64,000 nucleotides of DNA from Cyanobacteria bacterium auto_48_18. Lineage in GTDB: Bacteria > Cyanobacteriota > Vampirovibrionia > Obscuribacterales > Obscuribacteraceae. Positions within the stretch are counted from its first letter, which is position 1, and the number at the start of each line of letters is the position of its first letter. The notes beneath the pieces are model-generated. The model saw only the letters and a program-made list of their open reading frames with translations. It searched no databases and had not been told where the DNA came from. Of this stretch, positions 39,459 through 48,496 are shown in pieces. The position numbers and the translations under genes were made by a program. The stretch lies in assembly GCA_036170915.1 (NCBI GenBank), contig JAVHQC010000032.1:32001-96000 (forward strand), in the 5' to 3' direction.

Positions 39459-40886
39459 ATGAAAGTAAAGATGATTCTGTCGGCTCTGACTGAGGCTAAA
39501 AGTCCATTTTTTCGGCCAATTAAATATTCGCTTTTCCCACCATTGGGTTTAGCGACCTTGGCTGCTTATTTAAATAACGATGACGAAATCTCCATCGTCG
39601 ACGAGCATGTCGAAGAGCTAACTCTAGATGATGAGCCAGATCTTGTGGTGATCCAGGCCTACATTACTTCTGCTTATCGCTCTTATCAGATTGCAGATCA
39701 CTACAGAAAAAAGGGCTGCTACGTAGTGATGGGTGGTTTGCATGTTACATCTTTACCAGATGAAGCGGCGCAGCATGCTGACACCATTATTCTCGGACCA
39801 GCCGGCGACGCATGGACGCGGTTTCTTACTGACTTTCGCGCAAAGTGCCCGGAGAAGCAATACGTTGCAACAGTGCGTACTTTAGATGGCAAACCGCCCA
39901 TTCGTCGAGACTTAATCAAAAGAGAGCGCTACTTGTGCCCCAATTCAATTGTGGTATCTAGGGGCTGCCCTCATACTTGCGACTTTTGCTATAAAGAAGC
40001 TTTCTACAGCGGTGGCCGCTCATTTTACACTCAGCTAGTTGATGAAGCTCTGGCCGAAATTGATCGGTTGCCTGGCAGACACATCTACTTTTTAGATGAC
40101 CACTTGCTTGGTAATGAACGATTTGCTAACGCACTATTTGACGGCATGATAGGAATGGGAAAAGTGTTTCAGGCGGCATCTACGGTGCAGGCCATTCTCA
40201 AACCCAACTTACTTGAAAAAGCAGCCAGAGCTGGTCTGCGCAGTGTGTTTGTCGGTTTCGAAACTCTCGATTCTACTAATTTAAGCGACCATGATAAATA
40301 TCAGAATTTGAATCGTGATTATGGTGTGGCCATCAAACGAGTGCATGATTGTGGCGTCATGGTGAACGGCAGCTTTGTATTTGGCATGGATAACGATGAT
40401 GAAACTGTCTTCGATCGCACCGTCGACTGGGCGGTGGCTAATAGTGTCGAAACCGCTACCTTTCACATAATGACACCTTATCCAAGCACCGAACTGTATA
40501 AGCGTATGGTGGCAGAAAACAGAATGCTGCATCAGCAGTGGGATCTTTATGACACCAGGCACGTTGTTTACAAGCCGGCCAAACTCACCGCTGAGACTTT
40601 AGAGCGCGGCTACTGGCACGCCTACAAAGAGTTTTACAGCTGGAATAATCTTTTCAAAAGTGCCACCAAGAAAAGCGATGTGCATGCACAGCTGCGCCAT
40701 CTATCTTATGCCGGCGGTTGGAAAAAATTCGAGCCTGTCTGGGACCTTTTAATTCGTACGCGTCAAGTTACACGAATGTTGCCCATGCTGGAATCGGTGC
40801 TGGCAGCCTACGGCCGTTTTCAATCGCCGCAGCATGATAATTCGCCAAAGCGTGCTGAAGTGGTGGCAACCTCAGGAATTCACTGA
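39459..40886 (+). CDS. B12-binding-domain radical SAM protein
   Basis: FPPLGLATLAA and VVMGGLHVT (cobalamin-binding domain); SRGCPHTCDFC (CxxxCxxC); VGFET; TPYPSTELY. Confidence 0.95.
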   Translation: MKVKMILSALTEAKSPFFRPIKYSLFPPLGLATLAAYLNNDDEISIVDEHVEELTLDDEPDLVVIQAYITSAYRSYQIADHYRKKGCYVVMGGLHVTSLPDEAAQHADTIILGPAGDAWTRFLTDFRAKCPEKQYVATVRTLDGKPPIRRDLIKRERYLCPNSIVVSRGCPHTCDFCYKEAFYSGGRSFYTQLVDEALAEIDRLPGRHIYFLDDHLLGNERFANALFDGMIGMGKVFQAASTVQAILKPNLLEKAARAGLRSVFVGFETLDSTNLSDHDKYQNLNRDYGVAIKRVHDCGVMVNGSFVFGMDNDDETVFDRTVDWAVANSVETATFHIMTPYPSTELYKRMVAENRMLHQQWDLYDTRHVVYKPAKLTAETLERGYWHAYKEFYSWNNLFKSATKKSDVHAQLRHLSYAGGWKKFEPVWDLLIRTRQVTRMLPMLESVLAAYGRFQSPQHDNSPKRAEVVATSGIH

Positions 40887-40906
40887 GCCAATCAACTCAA
40901 TTACGC

Positions 40907-41383
40907 TTGGTCGCCGTTGCCAAAGACGCTGAACTCGATAGAAGTGAAATTAGAGCAGGCTTGAAGAGCGGTGATACCAGTATCTACGACAAGTTGATGC
41001 TTAACAGCCTCGAACTCAACTACGATTTGATTAAAGCCAGTCATGAAGATGGCGCTGAAAAAGCCTGGTTTGGTCAGGAGCCTGATCTCGACGTGATTAC
41101 ACGAGGCGATGCTGAAGCGTACTTAGCGAAAAGTGAAGATGAGCGCTTGAATTCGCAGTACCGAGAATTGGTACTGCCATTGATCGAAGGTATAAACCCA
41201 CTGGATAAGCAGCTAAGTGTCGATGGCAAAGGCGAGAATTTGTCACTATTTCGGCTTCTTCAATATCAGCAAACCCATCCAGAGGTTACTCGAAGATCTG
41301 AGGCCGTCAAAAACATTCTTGATGCATACTACGATGTAAATCACCCACTGCATCCTGGAATCAGTCGTGTTATCCGTCAGTGA
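40907..41383 (+). CDS. Hypothetical protein, possibly a gene fragment
   Basis: 158-aa ORF with a TTG start and no obvious RBS. Confidence 0.4.
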   Translation: MVAVAKDAELDRSEIRAGLKSGDTSIYDKLMLNSLELNYDLIKASHEDGAEKAWFGQEPDLDVITRGDAEAYLAKSEDERLNSQYRELVLPLIEGINPLDKQLSVDGKGENLSLFRLLQYQQTHPEVTRRSEAVKNILDAYYDVNHPLHPGISRVIRQ

Positions 41384-41463
41384 CAGACAAAATCAGTTTG
41401 TTTAATTTAGCTTGAACATCTTGAAGCACTGCAAGCCGATATTTGTTGCCGTCAGCGGCAGTT

Positions 41464-41799
41464 TCAAGCTGATGCAGCGGACTCAATTACGCTGGCAATC
41501 CACTCATTCAGGCTTTTATTTTCAGCTGCTGCTGCAATTACTGCTGCTTCGTGCATCTTGGGATCAAGCCTGACGTTGAAGCGTCCTGAATATTCACGGA
41601 AGGGCTCAATATTTTTTTCTTTGCAGATGTCCAAAAAGACCTTTAATGACTTGCGACCTTCAGTCATCAGCCCGTCAAGACTCGTTGCATAAAAGTCAGC
41701 ACCACCAGCTAAACCTAGAAACTCGCCACGAATCATCCCAATTTCTGGGTCGACCGAAAGAACAGCCTTGTGTCCATCAATTTCAATCACGTTCTTCAT
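41464..41799 (-). CDS. hicB: HicB-family antitoxin (RNase H-like fold plus RHH)
   Basis: IRGEFLGLAGGADFYA...EGRKSLKVFL...YSGRFNVRLDPKMHEAAVIAAAAENKSLNEWI. Confidence 0.93.
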   Translation of the reverse strand: MKNVIEIDGHKAVLSVDPEIGMIRGEFLGLAGGADFYATSLDGLMTEGRKSLKVFLDICKEKNIEPFREYSGRFNVRLDPKMHEAAVIAAAAENKSLNEWIASVIESAASA

Positions 41800-41902
41800 G
41801 GCTTAACTCCGTGGCTTTCCAGCCATTTTTTGACCACCGAATTGCTCCGCTTACAGGGCGAGCGAATAATTTGGACAAAGTCGCATGGTGCTTTTTGTTC
41901 AT
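41796..41902 (-). pseudogene. hicA: hicA toxin remnant with an internal deletion
   Basis: ATG 41902 gives MNKKHHATLSKLFARPVSGAIRWS (HicA N-terminus). A different frame gives VKKWLESHGVKP-stop (HicA C-terminus), overlapping the hicB start as ATGA. Total length is only 107 bp. Confidence 0.88.
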
Positions 41903-41908
41903 TTAACA

Positions 41909-41931
41909 GTAGTACCATTAATTGGTACTAC
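41909..41931. promoter_or_regulatory. Probable HicB operator
   Basis: Perfect inverted repeat GTAGTACCA-ttaat-TGGTACTAC, 6 bp upstream of the hicA ATG. Confidence 0.75.
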
Positions 41932-42004
41932 CAGCAAACCGCACTTAATGCCGGCGGTTGGACAGATTGAGCCTGGTGGCAACGGCCGGAACTCACTCTG
42001 CCAA

Positions 42005-43402
42005 TCAGGCGTCATTAATATTGGCCATAAACTGCCTTTCCAGTTGATCAAACTTAGATTGGTCCCTGTCAGCTTCAGTCTCATGGCCTGCACAACGATG
42101 CGCTTCTGCGCGCAGTTGATACGAAAATCTGTAATGCGGATCTGCGGCTAGACCAGTGTCGAGACTTGTGATCGCTTGGTCAAATTGCTCTCTCTTGAAA
42201 TATACGTTGGCCAGAGCGTACCATGCAAGTGCTTCCAAATCATGCAATTCAGTTGCTTTGACTGCTTCTTCCTTTGCTTCATCAATACGCCCCAGGCCCG
42301 CTAGGGCCAGGCTGTGAAGAGCGTGTACGTATGCCGATTTGGGTGACTTTGCAATTTCAGGCTGGGTGCATTCGAGCATCTCTGCAAACTCTCCAAGGCG
42401 AAAGCGGACATACGCTTCAGCCTTGCGAGACGATGATTTATTGCCGAGAACTTGGCCTCGCTTGCATCCAGTGAGAGCTTGATTAAACAGCCCGGCATCA
42501 GCTAGAACGAGCGCTCTTTCCTTATAGCAGCGCGACTGGTCAGGGAGAATTGCGATCGATCGAGAGATTGATTCGAGTGCCAATGCCCCTTCATTCAAAC
42601 GATTATACGATGCTGCCTGCATATTCAAGAACCAATCGGCTGCTCGTTGAGCATCGGGAATCTGGCCACAAATGATCAGAACCTCACTAAACTGATTTTG
42701 GCTAAACTTAAAGAACGCTAGAGCCGCAGCATCGTTAGAGCCGGGTTCAAAACGTTTGGGAATCCGGTCTATAACTTCTCTGGCCGCTTGAAAGTTGGCT
42801 GCTTCAATGTGCACGCGGCTGCTGAGCATGCGCGATGTGCCACTGGCCTTGCCCAGTTGCTGGAGACGCGCGCAATCTTCGAGACAGCCCTGCGGATCAT
42901 CTTTCGATCGAGCAGCTGCGCGCGCCGCTAGGCAATATGAATTGCAAGGCGCAAGTTCCATCGCTTTCGCGGCGCTAGCGGCCGCGCCCTTGTAATCGTT
43001 CATCCACAGGGCCGCTAAAGCGCTGCCATACCACGTTAGCCACACTTTTGGAGCAATCTCTGCTGCCCGGTCTGCACAGGTTTTGGCTTCCTCGTAACGT
43101 TTCAAGGCCATAAGGGCATAATGTTTCTCAAGCAAAATATTGTAATTGCCAGGCATAAGAGCGTGCGCCTGGTCGCAAATAATTAGCACCTCCTCGTCTT
43201 TTTGCCGTGAATGGAAATACCTGGCAAGCAAGACAACAGCTTCGTTTGAAAGACAGAGGAAGGTCATGGCAGTCATGATCAAAGCTGGCAACACACGCGA
43301 TGGCAGGTCTATGTTTGGTCCAAAATATGCATAAACTAAGCTCATACTGAGAAATATGGGCCAACGCACCCAGATCGGCAGGTTGAGGAAAATCTTGATC
43401 AC
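42005..43402 (-). CDS. Membrane-anchored TPR protein
   Basis: Two N-terminal hydrophobic segments followed by multiple TPR repeats (e.g. AWYALANVYFKREQFDQAITSLDTGLAADP). Confidence 0.85.
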   Translation of the reverse strand: MIKIFLNLPIWVRWPIFLSMSLVYAYFGPNIDLPSRVLPALIMTAMTFLCLSNEAVVLLARYFHSRQKDEEVLIICDQAHALMPGNYNILLEKHYALMALKRYEEAKTCADRAAEIAPKVWLTWYGSALAALWMNDYKGAAASAAKAMELAPCNSYCLAARAAARSKDDPQGCLEDCARLQQLGKASGTSRMLSSRVHIEAANFQAAREVIDRIPKRFEPGSNDAAALAFFKFSQNQFSEVLIICGQIPDAQRAADWFLNMQAASYNRLNEGALALESISRSIAILPDQSRCYKERALVLADAGLFNQALTGCKRGQVLGNKSSSRKAEAYVRFRLGEFAEMLECTQPEIAKSPKSAYVHALHSLALAGLGRIDEAKEEAVKATELHDLEALAWYALANVYFKREQFDQAITSLDTGLAADPHYRFSYQLRAEAHRCAGHETEADRDQSKFDQLERQFMANINDA

Positions 43403-45540
43403 AAAACTTCCATTGGACTTGAAGCCATCAAGCTAGACCCGTGTTCCATCTCTATGAAAGCATTATAGGCAAGAAACGGCAGGCGCTGCTCGAATGGCAA
43501 TTCTTTGTCCACACGATGAAAACCACGGGCAAAAACGGGCTCACCTTCAGTCAGGCAACCCTTCAATATTTCAGCAAAATCGGCGGTATCAAGGCTGTAC
43601 AGTTTTGCCACTAGCGCTTCGAGCATCGGGCGCTTGTTTTGACTAGACGCATGCGGGTTTAGCGAGAGCTGGCCAGAAATTTCACTAACTAAATCCAGTA
43701 TACGACATGCTTCTTGTGGCAGGTCTTCAATCCGGCTGCGCACTAGAACTTCAGGAATTAAACATTGATCAAGCAAAAAATAGCTGAGATTGTTGCCACT
43801 AAGTCTGGTGCGTAAAAAATAATCGAAACAAACTGAATTTAAGACGGCCGTTAGAATCGGCGCATAATAATTTGCCCGCTGTCCCGACAAAATCATAGTC
43901 GGTACAGAATTTCCTGCAGGATATTGAGGCAAAATAGATGCGATCATCGAACGGCAATTACTGGGGCTAGTAACCGATACGAAGCCTATACGCAATCCAG
44001 GACAGACAAAATCTTCAGATCTAACAAGATACTGAGGGCCAATTTCAGCATTACCAATTTCAGCCTGCCGCCACAAAGCTTGACGCCCGTTTCCAGAAAT
44101 CCAACGTTTGGCAGTGATCGAATACTGACCCAACATTCGACCTTCGATCAAAGGCAATAAAATTTCTTCTTTATCCGCTGACTTTCTCAGATAACATCCG
44201 CTGCCATCAGGACAAAACCCGTCTACCTTAGCGCTTTCAACTGTAATGAAGCGCTCGCGATCAATAGACATATCAAAGTCACGAGCAAAGCGAAAACTCC
44301 ACAGAGAAGTGTCTCTCTCGACTTTTGGCTGCATATGCTTGCCCCGGTCCATCTGTGGCAAACCGTCAGCATGAAGCTGGTGCAAGCGTGCGTTCTTGCT
44401 CACAGCGGCAGCCAAAAAGTCCAATTGTTTTTGACTTTCACAAGGCAACAAAGTAAGCGTAGACGGGCTCAGGCGCTCAATCAATGCTCGGTCATAGGTG
44501 AGCCACTCGCCATCGGCAACTAAATTGCCATCTGCGTTCAAGCCAAAACGGGCTTTGAGACCATCAGCCGGTGAATTTTTCGAAAAAACTGAAAGCGCAT
44601 ATTCATACTCTGGATGAACAGCAAAAGCTGTATCGTCATTAACGAAACCTTCGAGGCTCTGCCAACAATGCTGCTCTAGCAATAGCTTTCGCAGTGGGCC
44701 AGTACCCTGGTCACAGTAGATACCGGCCGGTGTTAGCGCAGCAGCATGACCACTATCAGCGAGCAATTCACAGGCGCGTTGCACAAATAATTTATATGCA
44801 GATTCACTCCAGGGTGGATTCATCAACACAAATTGACACGGCTCGATTGCCGCAGTCAGGCCGTCAGCTTGTAAAAAATTACTGGCCGGCAGCACTCGCA
44901 CCTCGACTCTACATGCCATAGCCAGTGCGGCTTTGCAAGTGCGAAGAGTGAGCGGGTCAATTTCAATGGCAGAAATATGGGCTTCTAAAAGTTGCAGTCG
45001 AGTACGCTTATCATCATGTTGAACAAACTCTTGTTGAGCTAAATATTCGAGAGCTGCAATTAGTAGTGCACCGCTGCCTGCACAAAAATCCAGCACACGT
45101 AAGCGAGTAAAATCTAAGGCCTGTCCGACAAAAACGCTGCGCACCATGTAATAAGAAAGAGCAGTGGGTGTGTAATACGCGGCGTCTTTGCGTTTTTTAA
45201 AGCCTCTTACCTGGTCTGGCTGATGGCGCACTTTTTCAAAAAGCTGGCAAAAAAAGAAAGCGATCAAACCATCTCTAGTAGCAAAGTCATAACCAAGTGC
45301 GTTAAGCCTTTCGACCTGTTGGTCGGCATAAGCATGGGCAAAATCTACCACCTGCTGCTCTTCGAATGAATCATTACCTGTGGGTCCAGATATCAAAATC
45401 TTCGCTGACTCTTCAATAAATTCCACCAGCTTTGCAGTGCGTGCCGTACCGCTAAATTGAGCCAGATGCCGCGTTAATAACTGACCTGCCGCCGCCAGTG
45501 ACGGGTCTGTAGCAGATCTTTTGCGGCGTGGTCTGGCCAT
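43399..45540 (-). CDS. N6-adenine DNA methyltransferase (gamma class, Eco57I/type IIG-like) with C-terminal specificity region
   Basis: AAYYTP, motif I VLDFCAGSGALL, motif IV MNPPW; C-terminal PLIEGRM...RSMIASILP...GNS...VLNSVCFDYFLR. Confidence 0.85.
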   Translation of the reverse strand: MARPRRKRSATDPSLAAAGQLLTRHLAQFSGTARTAKLVEFIEESAKILISGPTGNDSFEEQQVVDFAHAYADQQVERLNALGYDFATRDGLIAFFFCQLFEKVRHQPDQVRGFKKRKDAAYYTPTALSYYMVRSVFVGQALDFTRLRVLDFCAGSGALLIAALEYLAQQEFVQHDDKRTRLQLLEAHISAIEIDPLTLRTCKAALAMACRVEVRVLPASNFLQADGLTAAIEPCQFVLMNPPWSESAYKLFVQRACELLADSGHAAALTPAGIYCDQGTGPLRKLLLEQHCWQSLEGFVNDDTAFAVHPEYEYALSVFSKNSPADGLKARFGLNADGNLVADGEWLTYDRALIERLSPSTLTLLPCESQKQLDFLAAAVSKNARLHQLHADGLPQMDRGKHMQPKVERDTSLWSFRFARDFDMSIDRERFITVESAKVDGFCPDGSGCYLRKSADKEEILLPLIEGRMLGQYSITAKRWISGNGRQALWRQAEIGNAEIGPQYLVRSEDFVCPGLRIGFVSVTSPSNCRSMIASILPQYPAGNSVPTMILSGQRANYYAPILTAVLNSVCFDYFLRTRLSGNNLSYFLLDQCLIPEVLVRSRIEDLPQEACRILDLVSEISGQLSLNPHASSQNKRPMLEALVAKLYSLDTADFAEILKGCLTEGEPVFARGFHRVDKELPFEQRLPFLAYNAFIEMEHGSSLMASSPMEVL

Positions 45541-45546
45541 ACTTGC

Positions 45547-45828
45547 TTAGCTCTTGCGACTGATTCTCTGAAATAAACGCGCAATCAAATACATCGCAAA
45601 AATAAAGATGGCTGAGCCCACGATGGCCGGAATAAGCGGCACGCCTTCAACACTCGGGCCCACAGGGCCGATAATCATTTCACCGATCCAGGCACCGACG
45701 ATTCCGACTAATGCAGCAGCAAAGAAACCATTGCGTCCAATCCCAGGAACAATGCGCGATGCTAAACCGGCACAGACAGCCGAAACCAAAAGGAAAAGAA
45801 GGAAGTGAATGATATCGATGACCGTCAC
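45547..45828 (-). CDS. GlsB/YeaQ/YmgE (transglycosylase-associated) small membrane protein
   Basis: Three TM segments; LASRIVPG...LVGIVGAWIG...IPAIVGSAI. Confidence 0.85.
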   Translation of the reverse strand: MTVIDIIHFLLFLLVSAVCAGLASRIVPGIGRNGFFAAALVGIVGAWIGEMIIGPVGPSVEGVPLIPAIVGSAIFIFAMYLIARLFQRISRKS

Positions 45829-45974
45829 CCGATTGCGAGCAATAATTATATGCCGCGTCGCTCACAAACTGTAGACCAGCAGAACTGACATTACAATGAT
45901 AAATTGAATCAAGAAAGGGAATAGTCGTAACTGTATTACCAGTAAACACGGCATCATCGAGCGAGGCGTCCCTC

Positions 45975-46391
45975 ATGTCTTATAAATTATTTTTGACTGG
46001 AGCAGCGGTGATTTGCTTGACCGGAAATAATGGGGCTTACGGTAATTCAGGCACACTGATCGCGGCTCAGCCACATGCTCCGGTGGCGAAAGAATTTAAG
46101 GGCAATGTTTCGTGGTATGGCGTACCGTTTCACGGCAGAAAAACAGCCTCGGGCGAAATCTTTAATATGAATAAACTCACTGCTGCTCATCTGCGCCTGC
46201 CATTTAATACTAAAGTGATGGTCGAAGATCCCAAAAGCGGCAAAAGCGTCGTTGTCAAAGTCAACGACCGTGGGCCCTTCCACTGCAAGCGGGTAATGGA
46301 CTTATCAAAGCAGGCGGCCACAAATCTCGGCACTATTTCAAGAGGCGTAGCCTATGTGGAATGCACCGTGCTGGATCAAGACGACAAGTAA
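45975..46391 (+). CDS. rlpA: RlpA-family septal lytic transglycosylase (DPBB domain)
   Basis: SWYGVPFHGRKTASGEIFNMNKLTAAHLRLPFNTKV...VVVKVNDRGPF...RVMDLSKQAA. Confidence 0.93.
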   Translation: MSYKLFLTGAAVICLTGNNGAYGNSGTLIAAQPHAPVAKEFKGNVSWYGVPFHGRKTASGEIFNMNKLTAAHLRLPFNTKVMVEDPKSGKSVVVKVNDRGPFHCKRVMDLSKQAATNLGTISRGVAYVECTVLDQDDK

Positions 46392-46447
46392 TAACAAGCA
46401 GCAAGTCAACTGTATAATGATGCTCTAATCTTCATTTGGTGGAGCAA

Positions 46448-47926
46448 ATGCGTCGTCGGCTCAAAACTTGGTTGTCACTTGCTCTCCTTGCTCAGTGTGC
46501 CGGCGGCATTTTCATTCCATGCGCCAGTGCAGCTGACAACGGGGCCGCTTCGTGGCAAACAAATTTTGCTAGCGGCCAAACCGCTCTCAATGAGCAGAAT
46601 CTGCCGGAGGCCGAAAGACTTTTTCGCCTGGCTCTGACCGCCGTGCAAAAACAAAACCACAAGGCCGACGATCTGGCTAAATGTCTCAATCGTCTGGCCG
46701 ACACGCTGGCTCTGCGCAATAAAACGGCAGAAGCTCAAAGCATTTATCAAAGAATGCTCTCGGTCCTGGAAGCCAAATATGGCAAAAATTCGAGTCGCAT
46801 TGCCCCTGCACTAATTGCTATCGGCTCGGTGCAAGAATCCGAAGGCGATCCGGCGGCTGCCATGCCTTATTATCAGCGGGCCTTTCAGCTCAATGAAAAA
46901 AATTACGGACCGTATAGCCCTGAAATTGTTTCAAGTTTGCATAGACTGGCGCGCTCAACTTATAAAGCCGGATTTCGCGAGCCTGCGGCAAAACACTACA
47001 AGCGCGCCATGTCGATTTTGATGAATGAGCCCAGTCTGGAAGCCAGCAATCAGCTACCAGGGCTAATTGGCGAGTACAAAGATTTGATCAAAGGCGAAGA
47101 TCAATCAAATCAAGAATTGCTCAAAGATTTTCGCCATGACGTAGGTCAGGACAAAATCAAAAGTCCACTTTCTACAAGCGAAACAAATCAAACCGCCATT
47201 TCGAGCTGGCAGAGTGAAAACACTAATCAACTCAATGCCGGTCACAATAATCGAACTGATCAAGAGCCGCAAATTTTACTGCGTGGTCTCAATCAAAATT
47301 ACACGGCGCAAGCTTTGTCGCCAGCCTATAACACTATGAGTGAAGCCATTTTTGATCAAAATCACTATGGCAAGGGCGAAGCTTTCTATCAGCGAAAAAT
47401 TGCTGCTGATGTGCAATCACTGGGAAATACTCACCCCTCAGTAGCCAACGATTTGAGTGGCCTCGCTCTCTTTTACATAGCCAATAAGCGATACGACGAT
47501 GCCGATGCGCTGCTCACCAGGGCCCTAACAATCTACAAAAACACTTATGGCATGAGCAACATTCTTACCATTCGCACCATGGCCACACTGGCATCGGTCA
47601 AGTCGCGTCAGAGCAAGTGGTCGGAAGCAGAAGAGCTATATCGTACGGCCTTGAGCCAGAGCCAAACCGCTCTGGGCCCCAACAATATTGAAACCGCCAG
47701 AGTGCTGAACGATCTGGCATTTCTCTATTATTCGCAAGACAAACTGAAAGACGCTCGCACATTTTACAAGTGGGCCGTTGCCAGTACTGAAGGCGCTTTG
47801 GGTGACCATGATCCACTACTGGCGGCCTGCCTGAAAGACTACGCTCAAGTTCTGCGTAGCCTTGGAGACGAGACCGAATCAAGTGCCGCGCAAGCGCGAG
47901 CAGAGCAAATTTTGACAACAAAGTGA
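46448..47926 (+). CDS. Secreted TPR protein (kinesin-light-chain type)
   Basis: Signal peptide; repeats such as HPSVANDLSGLALFYIANKRYDDADALLTRAL; ATG 46448 after GGAG. Confidence 0.9.
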   Translation: MRRRLKTWLSLALLAQCAGGIFIPCASAADNGAASWQTNFASGQTALNEQNLPEAERLFRLALTAVQKQNHKADDLAKCLNRLADTLALRNKTAEAQSIYQRMLSVLEAKYGKNSSRIAPALIAIGSVQESEGDPAAAMPYYQRAFQLNEKNYGPYSPEIVSSLHRLARSTYKAGFREPAAKHYKRAMSILMNEPSLEASNQLPGLIGEYKDLIKGEDQSNQELLKDFRHDVGQDKIKSPLSTSETNQTAISSWQSENTNQLNAGHNNRTDQEPQILLRGLNQNYTAQALSPAYNTMSEAIFDQNHYGKGEAFYQRKIAADVQSLGNTHPSVANDLSGLALFYIANKRYDDADALLTRALTIYKNTYGMSNILTIRTMATLASVKSRQSKWSEAEELYRTALSQSQTALGPNNIETARVLNDLAFLYYSQDKLKDARTFYKWAVASTEGALGDHDPLLAACLKDYAQVLRSLGDETESSAAQARAEQILTTK

Positions 47927-48435
47927 GGAGGTTTCTTTTGCGTTCTTTTCTGGCCATGGCCTTAGTTTTATCGGCACTTTTTTGCCTGCAACCGGCAATG
48001 GCAAAACCACATGCTGGTAAAGCCGCGGCGCCGGCAGAACAGACCCAGACAGCACAACCGGTCGATAGCGAACAACCAGAGTTCAATTCAGAAAAATCAG
48101 AGTCGAATTCAGAAAAACCAGAGTTGAATTCAGAAAAACCGAGTGGCGATAATTATCCACACAGTCCAGGAACAGTGAGAGTAAATAATCTCGCCAATCT
48201 TGAAGCCCTTTTAAATATCATCGCCAACGGCGTCGAAATTTTAGGACTGGCATGTGGCATGCCCGCCTGTTTGCTGGTACCGGTGGGTATCGTGCTTCTC
48301 GTTTTTAAAGGCAAAAGAATTTGGGGTTGGGCCATGATTCTAACCGGCCCAATCGTTGTCATCGTAGCCCTGGCTGTGCCGGGAGTAATCAACTGGCTGG
48401 TATCATCTGCCCGTGATGCGGCATTGTTTAATTGA
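47923..48435 (+). CDS. Small membrane protein with signal peptide, repeat linker and two C-terminal TM helices
   Basis: Signal peptide ending PAMA; (PEFNSEK)x3-type repeat; LLNIIANGVEILG...AVPGVINWLVSSARDAALFN. Confidence 0.75.
   Translation: MRRFLLRSFLAMALVLSALFCLQPAMAKPHAGKAAAPAEQTQTAQPVDSEQPEFNSEKSESNSEKPELNSEKPSGDNYPHSPGTVRVNNLANLEALLNIIANGVEILGLACGMPACLLVPVGIVLLVFKGKRIWGWAMILTGPIVVIVALAVPGVINWLVSSARDAALFN
48076..48138 (+). repeat. Three tandem 21-bp in-frame repeats
   Basis: CCAGAGTTCAATTCAGAAAAA / TCAGAGTCGAATTCAGAAAAA / CCAGAGTTGAATTCAGAAAAA. Confidence 0.9.
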
Positions 48436-48488
48436 AAAAAACCTGCGCAGGTTTTTTTCTGAAAAAAATACCTTTAAAGGTATTTTTT
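48434..48488. terminator. Two adjacent perfect 26-bp palindromes between convergent genes (probable bidirectional terminators)
   Basis: GAAAAAAACCTGCGCAGGTTTTTTTC (48434-48459) and AAAAAATACCTTTAAAGGTATTTTTT (48463-48488). Confidence 0.65.
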
Positions 48489-48496
48489 CTCAAAAC

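Noticed and set aside
43399..45540. Complete DISARM, BREX or restriction-modification system
   Set aside because: No helicase, DUF1998, PLD nuclease, PglZ or restriction endonuclease gene is adjacent.
36331..45540. Prophage or integrative element
   Set aside because: The cargo looks accessory, but I found no integrase, transposase, tRNA target, att-like repeats or phage structural genes.
48076..48138. CRISPR-like repeat
   Set aside because: The 21-bp units are contiguous with no spacers and lie in frame inside a CDS; there are no cas genes.
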